A DNA stretch of 62,966 nt, the filler included, from Octopus bimaculoides (Eukaryota), in assembly GCF_001194135.2 (NCBI RefSeq). It is 5 parts of 5 records of this genome, joined end to end, with 100 filler letters (N's around TTAATTAATTAA, not from the genome) between each part and the next. Parts side by side here need not be neighbours in the genome. Positions count along the whole stretch, not along the records: positions 1 to 11,293 come from NC_069010.1; 4 more parts are not named here. One strand, given 5' to 3'. How positions within the stretch are numbered: position 1 is the first letter of the stretch; every line of letters starts with the position of its first letter. Position numbers and translations under genes: made by a program. Under the pieces are notes generated by a model that searched no databases, was not told where the DNA came from, and saw only the letters and a list, made by a program, of their open reading frames with translations. Shown here piece by piece: positions 1 to 9,258 of this stretch.

Positions 1-17
1 CTCCTCCTCCTCCTCCT

Positions 18-271
18 CATCATCATCATTTAACGTCCGCTTTCCATGCTAGCATGGGTTGGACGATTTGACTGAGGACTGGTGAAACCAGATGGCTACA
101 TCAGGCTCCAATCCTGATTTGGCAGAGTTTCTACAGCTGGATGCCCTTCCTAACACCAACCACTCAGAGAGTGTAGTGGGTGCTTTTACGTGTCACCCGC
201 ACGAAGGCCAGTCAGGCGGTACTGGCAACGGCCACGCTCAAAATGGTGCATTTTATGTGCCACCTGCACAA
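18..271 (-). mobile_element. SINE-like repeat family C with a (GAT)n tail (RTE-type 3' end)
   Basis: (CAT)n-TTAACGTCCGCTTTCCATGCTAGCATGGGTTGGACG...GGATGCCCTTCCTAAC recurs at about 7030-7140, 7596-7768, 10240-10345 and 20955-21226. The RTE affinity is an inference. Confidence 0.8.
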
Positions 272-287
272 AAGCCAGTCACCTGCT

Positions 288-1013
288 TCAAAATGACCTG
301 GGTCATTTCATCATGCATGGAAGGCAATGGTCTCAGATTTTCGAGGGATACAAGAGGCATTGTGTCTATTGACTGTCTTCAAAAGGACCACACCATCAGT
401 GGAGAATGCTGTGTGAACTTGCTGAGGCAGTTGCGAAAGATTATCAAACCGAAACACCCAGGAAAACTGAACTGATGAACAAGGTTTTATCGAGGCAACG
501 CTCCAGCATACAAGTCCTTGGCTTCAATGGCTACTGTGCATGACTATGGCTTTGAGCTGGTTGATCACCCTCTCTGTTCTCCTGATTTGGCCCCATCTGA
601 CTATCATCTGTTCTCCCGATTTGGCCCCATCTGACTATCATCTGTTCTCCCGATTTGGCCCCATCTGACTATCATCTGTTCTCCCGATTTGGCCCCATCT
701 GACTATCATCTGTTCTCCCGATTTGGCCCCATCTGACTATCATCTGTTCTCCCGATTTGGCCCCATCTGACTATCATCTGTTCTCCAACATGAAAAAAAA
801 CTCTTGGCTGGGAAGCAGTGTTGCAGTAATGATGACATCATATGACTTTCTTTGCCCAACAGGTTCAAAGCTTCTTCACCAATGCGATCCAAGTGCTGCA
901 ACACTGATGGAAGAAGTGTGGACTACAAGGGGACTATGTTGAAAAATAAACTTCATTTAGTCACATTCCATGGGAGTATCTCGGTCAGCTTATGAACTTT
1001 TCAGCCAACCCCC
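288..1013 (+). mobile_element. Mariner (DD34D) transposon relic: C-terminal transposase and right TIR
   Basis: Frameshifted translation gives RGIVSIDCLQKDHTISGE...LLRQLRKIIKPKHPGKL, NAPAYKS, GFELVDHPLCSPDLAPSDYHLFSNMKK and KCVDYKGDYVEK*. It ends in AACTTTTCAGCCAACCCCC followed by a TA run. Confidence 0.88.
574..787 (+). repeat. 34-bp tandem repeat, 6 copies, inside the mariner catalytic motif
   Basis: The unit GATTTGGCCCCATCTGACTATCATCTGTTCTCCC starts at 584, 618, 652, 686, 720 and 754. There are no spacers between copies. Confidence 0.97.
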
Positions 1014-1454
1014 ATATATGTGTTGTTGTGTGAGGAGTTATTGGGGTCCACGTGTTAGTTTCAACATGTTGATGTGAATATTGTTCTATGGTTGTTTTAT
1101 ATTTTCGTCTCTTTATCAAGGGATACCAGCACAATCTATGGCCACTTATAGGATCTCTACAACTTACGGGAGAGGAGGAAGGGGGGTTATTCTCAAAATA
1201 GGAGCCCTGATAGTTTAACAGGGTTTGAGGGACCCAAGGAATGCATTATGCTCAAGTTTCTGCTTCGGCATGGTTTCTATGGTTGGATACCATTCCTAAC
1301 ACCAGTCATTTTACAGAGTGTATTGGATGCTTTTCATGTGGCACCAGCACTAGTGAGTTTATTGTGAACCCTAAAGGGGGTAACTTTATGCTGAAAGTAT
1401 GAGAAATGGGCTGGAGCAGAACAGGTTTCTTGCTGTACAGGAGCTACATGCATG

Positions 1455-1753
1455 TGTAGTAACGCTGTGCGCATGCGTAGTCTCACGCATGCGTGGAATT
1501 CAACATCCAAGCGTTTCCCGCTTTGATCGATCTCTTTCTTGCTGGCCAGTGATCCACTTTAGTAGAAAGTGGGTTATACATCATTAGATGTACACCTGAC
1601 TTTCTTATATTAAATTAAGAATTGAACGGAACGCTGAACTCCAGACTATCAACATAACAATATTTATTCATGGTGGAAAGTTCCATTCATATTCTTAATT
1701 TAATATAGGAAAGTCAGGTGTACATCTAATGATGTATAACCCACTTTCCTATA
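1455..1753. mobile_element. Non-autonomous element with a terminal palindrome, copy 1 (internally rearranged)
   Basis: Shares its left end (TGTAGTAACGCTGTGCGCATGCGTAGTCTCACGCATGCGTGG...) and its right palindromic end with 7978-8332. Carries about 60-bp inverted arms at 1563-1622 and 1691-1751. Confidence 0.75.
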
Positions 1754-1789
1754 CATGCATAAAAGTCATACGTTAAACAATAATCATAA

Positions 1790-2215
1790 ATATGAAATGA
1801 TTCTTATTGAAGTCACTGGGCCATACGAAAGGAGAATGAAGGAAGCCTTTGTCTACAAGACTGAGAAAGCCACTTTAGTCATCAAACAGAGAATCTTATT
1901 TCCAAACCATGGAAATGGAAGTGAGGTGAGAGTTTGTGGTTCAATCTGCCTATGATCTCATGAAACAAATCTTAATTGCTGGCAAAAAGGGAACCAAAGC
2001 TCTTAAGAAGATGGTAGAAGCAGCTTGATCGTTGTGGGTTGGGTGGCTTGGGATCTATGGGGTTCTTTGGTTGCCCTTGGGTGGTGCACTCTTCTGTTGG
2101 GATTTTGTTTGCTAAGGTCTTTTCGCAAATCATTTTTATGCAAATCCTCACTGTCTTTTCTCTTTGTATTGTGCTAAATGTTTCTGTAGCCTTTGTGGCC
2201 AATAAAGAATTATTA
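1790..2215 (+). mobile_element. Degenerate LINE 3' end (possibly L1/Tx1-type)
   Basis: Ends in TGTAGCCTTTGTGGCCAATAAAGAA followed by (TTA)n. The same tail occurs at about 26290-26350 and on SINE family A copies. The clade call is weak inference. Confidence 0.4.
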
Positions 2216-2237
2216 TTATTATTATTATCATTATATC

Positions 2238-2265
<28 letters not shown>

Positions 2266-2268
<3 letters not shown>

Positions 2269-2478
2269 CAGCAAGCTGGCAGATTCGTTAGCACACTGGA
2301 CGTAATGCTTAGCGGTATTTCGTCAGTCTTTACGTTCTGAGTTCAAATTCCACCAAGGTCGATTTTGCCTTTCACCCTTTCAAGGTCGATAAAATAAGTA
2401 CCAGTTGAGCACTGGGGTCGATGTTATTGACTTCCCCCCTTCCCCCAAAATTTCTGGCCTTGTGCCAAAATTTGAAAC

Positions 2479-2480
<2 letters not shown>
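2266..2480 (+). mobile_element. SINE family A (tail type 2)
   Basis: GCAAGCTGGCAGATTCGTTAGC...TTCTGAGTTCAAATTCC (B-box-like)...GGGGTCGAT...CCCCCAAAATTTCTGGCCTTGTGCC, then (ATT)n. Further copies or fragments at about 14755-14850, 23399-23612, 28555-28650, 36555-36758, 38095-38300, 42432-42645, 44540-44748, 49318-49504, 50612-50827, 58310-58560 and 61770-61966. Confidence 0.88.
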
Positions 2481-2524
<44 letters not shown>

Positions 2525-2844
2525 AAAATGTTTTTTTTTAATTTCAACTGTTTTTATTCTTTTTATTTCTTTCTGATGGCTGCTTTTATCTGGACCTTGT
2601 CTAAATCCCTTATTTCCTTCCACAAAGCTTGGCAACACCCCAGATCTCTATATTCATACCTAAACCTTAATCCTAACCCACCATCTGCTAGAGGGCTTTT
2701 TTTTTGTTGTTGTTGTTTAACCCCAGGTCAGTCCTGATCCAGCACTGGGGGTCGATATAATCGACTTAATCCGTTTGTCCGTCCTTTTTGTCCCCTCTGT
2801 GTGTAGCCCCTTGTGGGCAGTAAAGAAATAAGAAACGTGGACAA

Positions 2845-3110
2845 TATACACAGCAGTGGAGAATATAGAAGCCTCTGAGAAGCAGATCTTATGCAGGTTG
2901 GGTAAAATAAGCTAGAAAGTCAGGGTAACAAATGTTGCAGTACTGGCAAAGCTGAAAATCCAGTGACACGCTTTGTTGAGAATTTTGACATATAATGTAC
3001 CACAAGTTACTGCTGGAGACCATCTTGACAGGAAGTGTGGCGGGGAAGAGAGCAAGAAAGTGTCAAAGACATTTTGTGAATTGATACATCAAAGGATGGA
3101 CTGGAAACTG
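2845..3110 (+). mobile_element. RTE-clade LINE relic, ORF C-terminus
   Basis: Degenerate translation gives EASEKQILCRLGKIS*KVRVTNVAVLAK...KLLLETILTGSVAGKRARKCQRHFVN*YIKGWTG. This resembles the RTE C-terminal ISWxxRVTNxxVL...GKxxGKRxRGR...WTG pattern. Confidence 0.6.
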
Positions 3111-3429
3111 GAGCCTGGCTTAATTGCATGCATGCAACACAACACAAAGGAAATGGGAGTCTTGGTAAGCTGATTGTTGGACACTTGGATGATGGCTTGG
3201 ATGGTTTTGTATGTGGTCATCATTTCTTGTTACCTCTGCCTGCAGCAACTTGAGATGGTTGCCTTCATAGTATTTGATCCTTGATGAGAGCATTGAGTAA
3301 AAAAAAACTATGTCAAGGCCTGTCCATACTGTGATGTTATCTCTCCATCTCTTAGGTTGCTAACCTGTTTCTCTTTTTATTAATCATGCCTTCCAGACAG
3401 ATCTTGCCGATGCCACAAACCATTCATTT

Positions 3430-3760
3430 AGTGTGTCCAAGCTATTTTGAATAATTCATTTTTGATAACAGAGATGACCGGTAACAATTTGGTTATTTTT
3501 CTTCGATCTTCAATTCTGACATGGTCTGAGAGTTCAGTGTTAGTAAGAAGTCTCGTTACATGATTCTGAAAAACTTCCGGTTTCGTAGTGCAACAAAAGT
3601 CCAGTTGACACAATTTAGCCTATATAAAACTACTGAAAGAATATAGGTGTTGTAGATGCTTGCATTTATGTAGTATGAAATTTGTTTTGAAATAAGTACG
3701 ATATTGTTCTTATCAAAGGCTGCCTGACCAAGTCCGATTCTATACTTCACAGCTAATTAT
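3430..3760 (-). mobile_element. RTE-clade LINE relic (post-RT region)
   Basis: KYRIGLGQAAFDKNNIVLISKQIS...IYNTYILSVVLY resembles the RTE RIGKAxAAF...K...YxxxVLSxLLY pattern; frameshifted. Confidence 0.6.
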
Positions 3761-3790
3761 TCCATCGTTTTTTTTTAAGAGAGCTTACCA

Positions 3791-4043
3791 GTACTACTAA
3801 AGCAGCACGGTCCCGAATGCGCAGTCGCGCGTCCACGCTAGCTAGTCGTGAGTGGTCGATCCTAACCCTAAACACGTATTCATTTGCAAATGCGGGTTAG
3901 GGTTAGGGTTAGGGACAGGGTTAGGGTTAGGGTTAGGGTTAGGGTTAGGGACAGGGTTAGGGTTAGGGTTAGGATCGACCACTCAAGACTAGCTAGCGCG
4001 GATGCGCGACTGCGCGTTCGGGACCGTGCTGCTTTAGTAGTAC
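3791..4043. mobile_element. MITE with 81-bp TIRs enclosing a telomeric TTAGGG array
   Basis: 3791-3871 and 3963-4043 are inverted repeats with 4 mismatches. 3897-3973 is (TTAGGG)3 ACAGGG (TTAGGG)5 ACAGGG (TTAGGG)2 TTAGG. Confidence 0.92.
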
Positions 4044-4313
4044 CAATTTATCTCTAAGGTAGATGAATTCAGAGACTTGCTTTGTATGTGAAGGTGGGAT
4101 AAATTTCCCCCCATGGGGTGAGGAAGACCCTTTCTAATGATAGACCCCTTTCATTGACTCAGCGTCTTTTCTGTTCTGCTGCATACATTTGTCTCTCCAC
4201 TATCATCACTCCTCCCTCCCTGCTTCTTTTATACTCCTTTCACCCTCTGTCCTTGCCTCTCTGCTCTTACCTCTACCTGTTAAGCATGGCTTCAGTCCTC
4301 TCCTTGTTACTAG

Positions 4314-4414
4314 GGACTTTGATGTTACCCGGCCTGCCTACATAGAAGTGCCACGCTCCCTGGTGGAGACTGTTTCAAACTGGAATATACCAATGCATAA
4401 CTGGCTCAAGAATT
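4314..4414 (+). CDS. PORCN: Porcupine (MBOAT-family Wnt O-acyltransferase), internal exon A
   Basis: Acceptor ttactag|G and donor T|gtaagt. Encodes (W)DFDVTRPAYIEVPRSLVETVSNWNIPMHNWLKN(Y), matching human PORCN [35 protein letters not shown] as recalled. 101 nt; phase compatible with the next exon. Confidence 0.93.
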
Positions 4415-4723
4415 GTAAGTAGAACCATTGTAATTTTCCTTCCTATTATTCCGTCTGTCTGTTTGTCTCGCCCATATTTCCTGTCATCTTTTTCTCTCTC
4501 TCTTTCTCTGTTTTCCTTATGTCTAACTACTCCCCTCTTTCTATATATATATATATGTGTGTGTGTACCGCTTTCTCTCTCTCTCTCTCTCTCTGTATTT
4601 ATATATATATGCACGCATACACACACNNNNNNNNNNNNNNNNNNNNNNNNNNNNNNNNNNNNNNNNTCTCTCTCTCTCTCTCTCTCTGTATTTATATATA
4701 TATGCACGCATACACACACTAGA

Positions 4724-4955
4724 GAGGCAAGCTGGCAGAATCGTTAGCAGGCCGGGCGAAATGCTTAGCGGTATTTCATCTGCCGCTACGTTCTGAGTTC
4801 AAATTCCGCCAAGGTCGACTTTGCCTTTCATCCTTTCGGGGTCTATTAAATAAGTATCAGTTACGCACTAGGATTGATATAATCGACTTAATCCATTTGT
4901 CTGTCCTTGTTTGTCCCCTCTGTGTGTAGCCCCTTGTGGGTAGTAAAGAAATAAC
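4724..4955 (+). mobile_element. SINE family A (tail type 1)
   Basis: Same head and body as 2266-2480, but ends in TTTGTCTGTCCTTGTTTGTCCCCTCTGTGTGTAGCCCCTTGTGGGTAGTAAAGAAATA. A partial copy with this tail lies at 2740-2835. Confidence 0.88.
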
Positions 4956-5112
4956 ACACTAGATAGGCAATCAGTGAGAATGATTGCTCAACATCATATT
5001 GAGTACATAAATATATTCTTAATTGTGGAGTTTCACCACATGAAATCATTTGTAGCCCTGTTAATTCACAAATAAAGATAAAGAATGTGTGTGCATGCAT
5101 TCCTCTCTATAT

Positions 5113-5314
5113 ACTCTTTTACTTGTTTCAGTCATTTGACTGCGGCCATGCTGGAGCACCGCCTTTAGTCGAGCAAATCGACCCCAGGACTTATTCTTTG
5201 GAAGCCTAGTACTTATTCTATCGGTCTCTTTTGCCGAACCGCTAAGTTACGGGGACGTAAACACACCACCATCGGATGTCAAGCGATGGTGGGGGGACAA
5301 ACACAGACACACAA

Positions 5315-5377
<63 letters not shown>

Positions 5378-5542
5378 TACGACGGGCTTCTTTCAGTTTC
5401 CGTCTACCAAATCCACTCACAAGGCTTTGGTCGGCCCGAGGCTATAGTAGAAGACACTTGCCCAAGGTGCCACGCAGTGGGACTGAACCCAGAACCATGT
5501 GGTTGGTGACCAAGCTACTTACCACACAGCCACTCCTGTGCC
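5113..5542 (-). mobile_element. SINE family B (tRNA-like head, internal (CA)/(TA) microsatellite)
   Basis: Full-length copy; the minus-strand head has A-box-like TGGCTGTGTGGTAA and B-box-like GGTTCAGTCC. Other copies at about 5895-6225, 9920-10110, 16500-16670, 29503-30105, 39845-40100, 44155-44510, 47876-48113, 51256-51450 and 59738-59885. Confidence 0.9.
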
Positions 5543-6289
5543 AACTTCACTCCTTTTCTTGGCCCTTATAAAAAATTTTTTCCTTTTTTTTTCCCTTCAT
5601 TACTAAGCATTAATTTTATTATTATTGTTATACTAGCCCAGAGTATTGGGTTGCATTTCATTAGATTGGGAGTGCCAATATTCAGTCCACTGTGGAACAA
5701 GGAGGGCCTCAGCATGTTCTCTCCACCAGAGATTGGCTTCAGACCATACTGATTTGATGAGTGCCTACTCTGCCACATTGTCTCAGCATGGGTTAGCAGA
5801 GGATTGCAGTTTTTTTTATATACAGTAATCCCTCAACTATCACAGGTGTTACATTCCAAGGTGAAAATCCACAAAGTACAAAGAGTACTGTACTCTTTAC
5901 TCTTTTACTTGTTTCAGTCATTTGACTGCAGCCATGCTGGAGCACCACCTTTAGTCTAGCAAATCGACCTCAGGACTTATTCTTTGTAAGCCTAGTACTT
6001 ATTCTAGTTGGGTTTTTTTTTACTGTTTACATGTTGGCAGTCATTAGATGGTGGCCACGGAAGAGTTAGTCATACAAATCAACCCCAGAGCATTTTTTTT
6101 TTTTTTTTTTTTTGGCACCTATTTAAGTCTAGTACGTATTCAATTAATATCTTTTGCCAGACTGCTAAGTTATAAGGACATAAACAAACCAACACCAGTT
6201 ATCAAATGGTGGAGGAGGAATATAAACACATGCATACGAATATGTTTGTCCATCAGAGTAACAGTGACCAGTCACTTTGTTTAAAGGGA

Positions 6290-6450
6290 AGAAGAGCTGC
6301 ATACCATCAACTGCATCCTCTCATCTGTGACCACAATGCATATGCTGCCACCTTCTCCATTCAGCCATGAAGGTTTCTTCTGCCAAGTCTGCTGGGAACC
6401 AGTCTTCACGTGCATAGGTAGGCAAGCCCTCCTATGATGATTAACCCATA
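6290..6450. repeat. Dispersed repeat shared with about 46830-46920 (possible LINE 5' region)
   Basis: GAAGGTTTCTTCTGCCAAGTCTGCTGGGAACCAGTCTTCACGTGCATAGGTAGGCAAGCCCT versus GAAGATTTCCTCTGCCGAGTCTGCCGGAGCCACGCTTCACATGCATAGGTTGGCGAGCCCT. Confidence 0.6.
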
Positions 6451-6775
6451 GCTCTGACCTTGACAAGTACTACTACTGCTCTAGGTCATTATAGACCTGT
6501 GAACAATAGCAGCTAAGAAACGGTTCCATGCTCCTTTTAACCCTGAAACTCTTGAATCAGGGCCCCACTACTGGATGCAGTTCAGTCACACATACCAGAC
6601 TTCCACACAGTCTCCAAAATTTATTCTCAAAGCATCGGTTGGTCTGGTGCTATAACAGAAGTCACTCGTCCAAGGTGCTGTGCAGTGGGACTGAACCCCA
6701 AAACTGCATAGTTTCAAAGCAATCCTCTTAGCCATTCACACATCCTGTAGTTATGTTTTACCTTTTCTTTTCCAG

Positions 6776-6852
6776 ATGTCTTCAAAATTGCTCGTCCTCT
6801 TGGTAATTTTGTCGCCGTATTGCTCACATATGCTGCTAGCTCACTGTTGCAC
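6776..6852 (+). CDS. PORCN: Porcupine internal exon B, ending in the catalytic His codon
   Basis: Acceptor ccttttcttttccag|AT and donor CAC|gtaagt. Encodes (Y)VFKIARPLGNFVAVLLTYAASSLLH, versus human [26 protein letters not shown]. 77 nt, in frame with both neighbours. Confidence 0.94.
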
Positions 6853-7296
6853 GTAAGTTAATAAGCAAGTTTTTCTGTAGGTTCTGCACTTGCTTTTTTT
6901 TGCTTTTTTATCTTGCATGAAAATGTCTCATCACATCTTCGTCCATTTAATCCTAGAAGGGTCACAGGAGAAGGGTCTTTAAGCACACCATCCATTGGGT
7001 CCTGTCAGAAGCAACTGTCTCTAATTGTTCATCATCATCATTATCACCATTTAACATCCGCTTTCCATGCTAGCATGGGTTAGACGATTTGACTGAGGAC
7101 TGGTGAAGCCAGATGGCAATGCCAGGCTCCATATTTACATTGCTTTGCTTCTATAAATAAGTATAACATAAGCTGGAGCAATGTGAAATAAACTATCTTG
7201 CTCAAGCACACAACACACAGCTCACTCCGAGAATCGAACTCACTACCTCATGATTGTGAATCTGATGCTCTAACCACTGAGCCATGTGCTTTTGCT

Positions 7297-8431
7297 AGTT
7301 TGAATACTAAAGGGTTAACCCTTTAACATTCAGATTCCTCTATCAAATATAAAGCTTATTTATTCACATTGTTTTGAATTAATCATACATTCTCTCATAG
7401 CATCAAAATTTCAATGATGCGATTGTTTATTTTTAGAATGACATTGTAGGGCAAGTGTGAGAGGTTGGTGGTGGCCAGTTTGAACATAAGACAGGTAGAA
7501 TATTTGAACCAGAGACCGCTGGTTCAAATGCTAAAGATTTCAACCTTTAGTACCCAGATTACTCTCTCAAATGTAATGCTTATATATTCCCATTCATCAT
7601 CATCATCATCATCATCGTCGTCGTTTAACGTCCGCTTTCCATGCTAGCATGGGTTGGACGATTTGATTGAGGACTGGTGAAACCAGATGGCTACACCAGG
7701 CTCCAATCTGATCTGGCAGAGTTTCTACAGCTGGATGCCCTTCCTAACGCCAACCACTCAGAGAGTGTTTTGAATTATCCTGCATTATTTCATAGCTTTG
7801 AGATTTCAATGATGTGATTATTTATTTTTAGAATGGCATTGTAAGGTAGTTGTGAGAGGCCAAATCAGGCCAGATATGGCTGATTTCAATTCTAAAGTGA
7901 CCCTTTACCATTCAAATTACTCTGTCAAATGTAATGCTGTTTAATTAACATTTTTTCGAATTAATCATGCATTATCTTGTAGTAACGCTGTGCGCATGCG
8001 TAGTCTCACGCATGCGTGGAATTCAACATCCAAGCGTTTCCCGCTCTATACTGTCTTTTTGTCGACTGGCCAGTGATTGAGCAAGGACGTGTCTAGCTGT
8101 CTCTCTCCATCTTTCGGACTCACGCTAGCCAGCTCACATCAACATACCAACGTCCCAACAACCATGTTCTCACACACAGAAGGCGTCTCAACAACCAAGA
8201 GTAAAGTTGTATATTTTCCACCATAAATAAATATTGTTGAGTTGATGGTTTGGAGTTCTGCGTTCCGTTCATTCTAAATTTAATATAGGAAAGCAGGTGT
8301 ACATCTAATGATGTATAACCCACTTTCCTATAATCTCATTCAGATTGCAATGATGCGACAATTTATTTTTAGTACGATATTATTTGGTAAATGTGAGAAA
8401 CTGGAAACGACCAGTTTAAATACTAAGGGGT
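7297..8431 (+). mobile_element. Head-to-tail array of about 220-bp piggyBac-like (TTAA) MITEs with nested insertions
   Basis: Junction CTAAAGGG-TTAA-CCCTTTA at 7307-7325. Units start at 7319, 7544 and 7901. Unit 2 is split by a family C SINE (7596-7768) and unit 3 by the palindrome-ended element (7978-8332). Confidence 0.72.
7978..8332. mobile_element. Non-autonomous element with a terminal palindrome, copy 2 (unrearranged)
   Basis: Left GC-rich hairpin CGCATGCGT-AGTCTC-ACGCATGCG. Right 49-nt imperfect palindrome TATAGGAAAG...TACATC-TAAT-GATGTA...CTTTCCTATA (8284-8332). It interrupts a MITE unit. Confidence 0.78.
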
Positions 8432-8576
8432 CAGTTGTTGTTGTTGTTTAACAACCTCTGGTCTGTTCTTCTTCTGACTCTTTCTTTCCTCCTCTTGCTC
8501 CTCCTCTGAATCACCCCCACCCCACCTTACATGCTTATCCATATCAACTCATTTGCACTACTTCCATTTGTTGCAG

Positions 8577-8640
8577 GGACTGAACTTTCAGCTAGCTGCT
8601 GTGCTACTATCTCTGGCCTTCTACTCATATATAGAACATG
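8577..8640 (+). CDS. PORCN: Porcupine internal exon C
   Basis: Acceptor ttgttgcag|GGA and donor G|gtaagt. Encodes [21 protein letters not shown](V), versus human [22 protein letters not shown]. 64 nt. Confidence 0.94.
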
Positions 8641-8801
8641 GTAAGTACGAGCGCTTCACTTCAACCTGGCAAACCCACCTTCTGCTTTTACAAAACAATA
8701 GAACAAAAAAAAAAACTCTGAAAGAGACCAAAAAATTTGTTTTAGTGTCCACAACTTGAAATATTAGCGTCTCTCTCTCCTCTGCCCACCACTACCCACC
8801 C

Positions 8802-8857
<56 letters not shown>

Positions 8858-8969
8858 CAGGACGCCAATACAGCTTCTCCAGGGTCAGATTAAACTCCAT
8901 GCCCGAAGCACTTGAAAGATTTTGGTGCCCTGTATATATGTAAAAAGAGTAAAGACCCTCTTCGTTCAT

Positions 8970-9258
8970 GAATGACCATGGCATTGCACTAAGAAAGTTT
9001 CCCTCCGAGGCACAAGTCTGGGCAAAGTTGTTTCATGGAAGACCAGCAGTCGCCCATGCATAGCCTCTCCACATCACCGATGTTATCCAAGGGAAAGGCA
9101 AAGGGGCCGATACAGCTTGGCACCAGTGACGTTGCAGCTCATTCTACTGGAGCAACGTAGAACAGTATCTTGCTCAAGAACATAATACACAACCCAGTCT
9201 AGGGATTGAACTCACTACCTCATCACTGTGAGCCCAGTGCTCTAACCACTGAACCAAT
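8970..9258 (-). mobile_element. SINE family D (tRNA-like head)
   Basis: The minus strand begins GGTTCAGTGGTTAGAGCACTGGGCTCACAGTG...GTTCAATCCC. Related copies at about 7165-7290 (-) and 60668-60905 (+). Confidence 0.75.

Noticed and set aside
574-787. CRISPR-like array of 34-bp repeats
   Set aside because: The repeats are contiguous with no spacers, there are no cas genes, the context is eukaryotic, and the unit is mariner coding sequence.
1755-1955. GIY-YIG C-terminus reading (ILIEVTGPYERRMKEAFV)
   Set aside because: Only a few residues match, and the region runs into a LINE-type tail, so the assignment is ambiguous and unsupported.
2039-2266. Hydrophobic ORF as an upstream PORCN exon (FGCPWVVHS...LCIVL)
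   Set aside because: The similarity is weak, there are no good splice sites, and the segment ends in a retroelement tail shared with SINEs.
3897-3973. True telomere or chromosome-fusion scar
   Set aside because: The array is only 77 bp and sits inside matched TIRs within an intron, so it is better explained as transposon cargo.
4573-4720. Apparent direct repeat on both sides of a 40-N gap
   Set aside because: The same (CT)n-GTATTTATATATATATGCACGCATACACACAC sequence flanks the gap, which is typical of a false duplication at overlapping contig ends.
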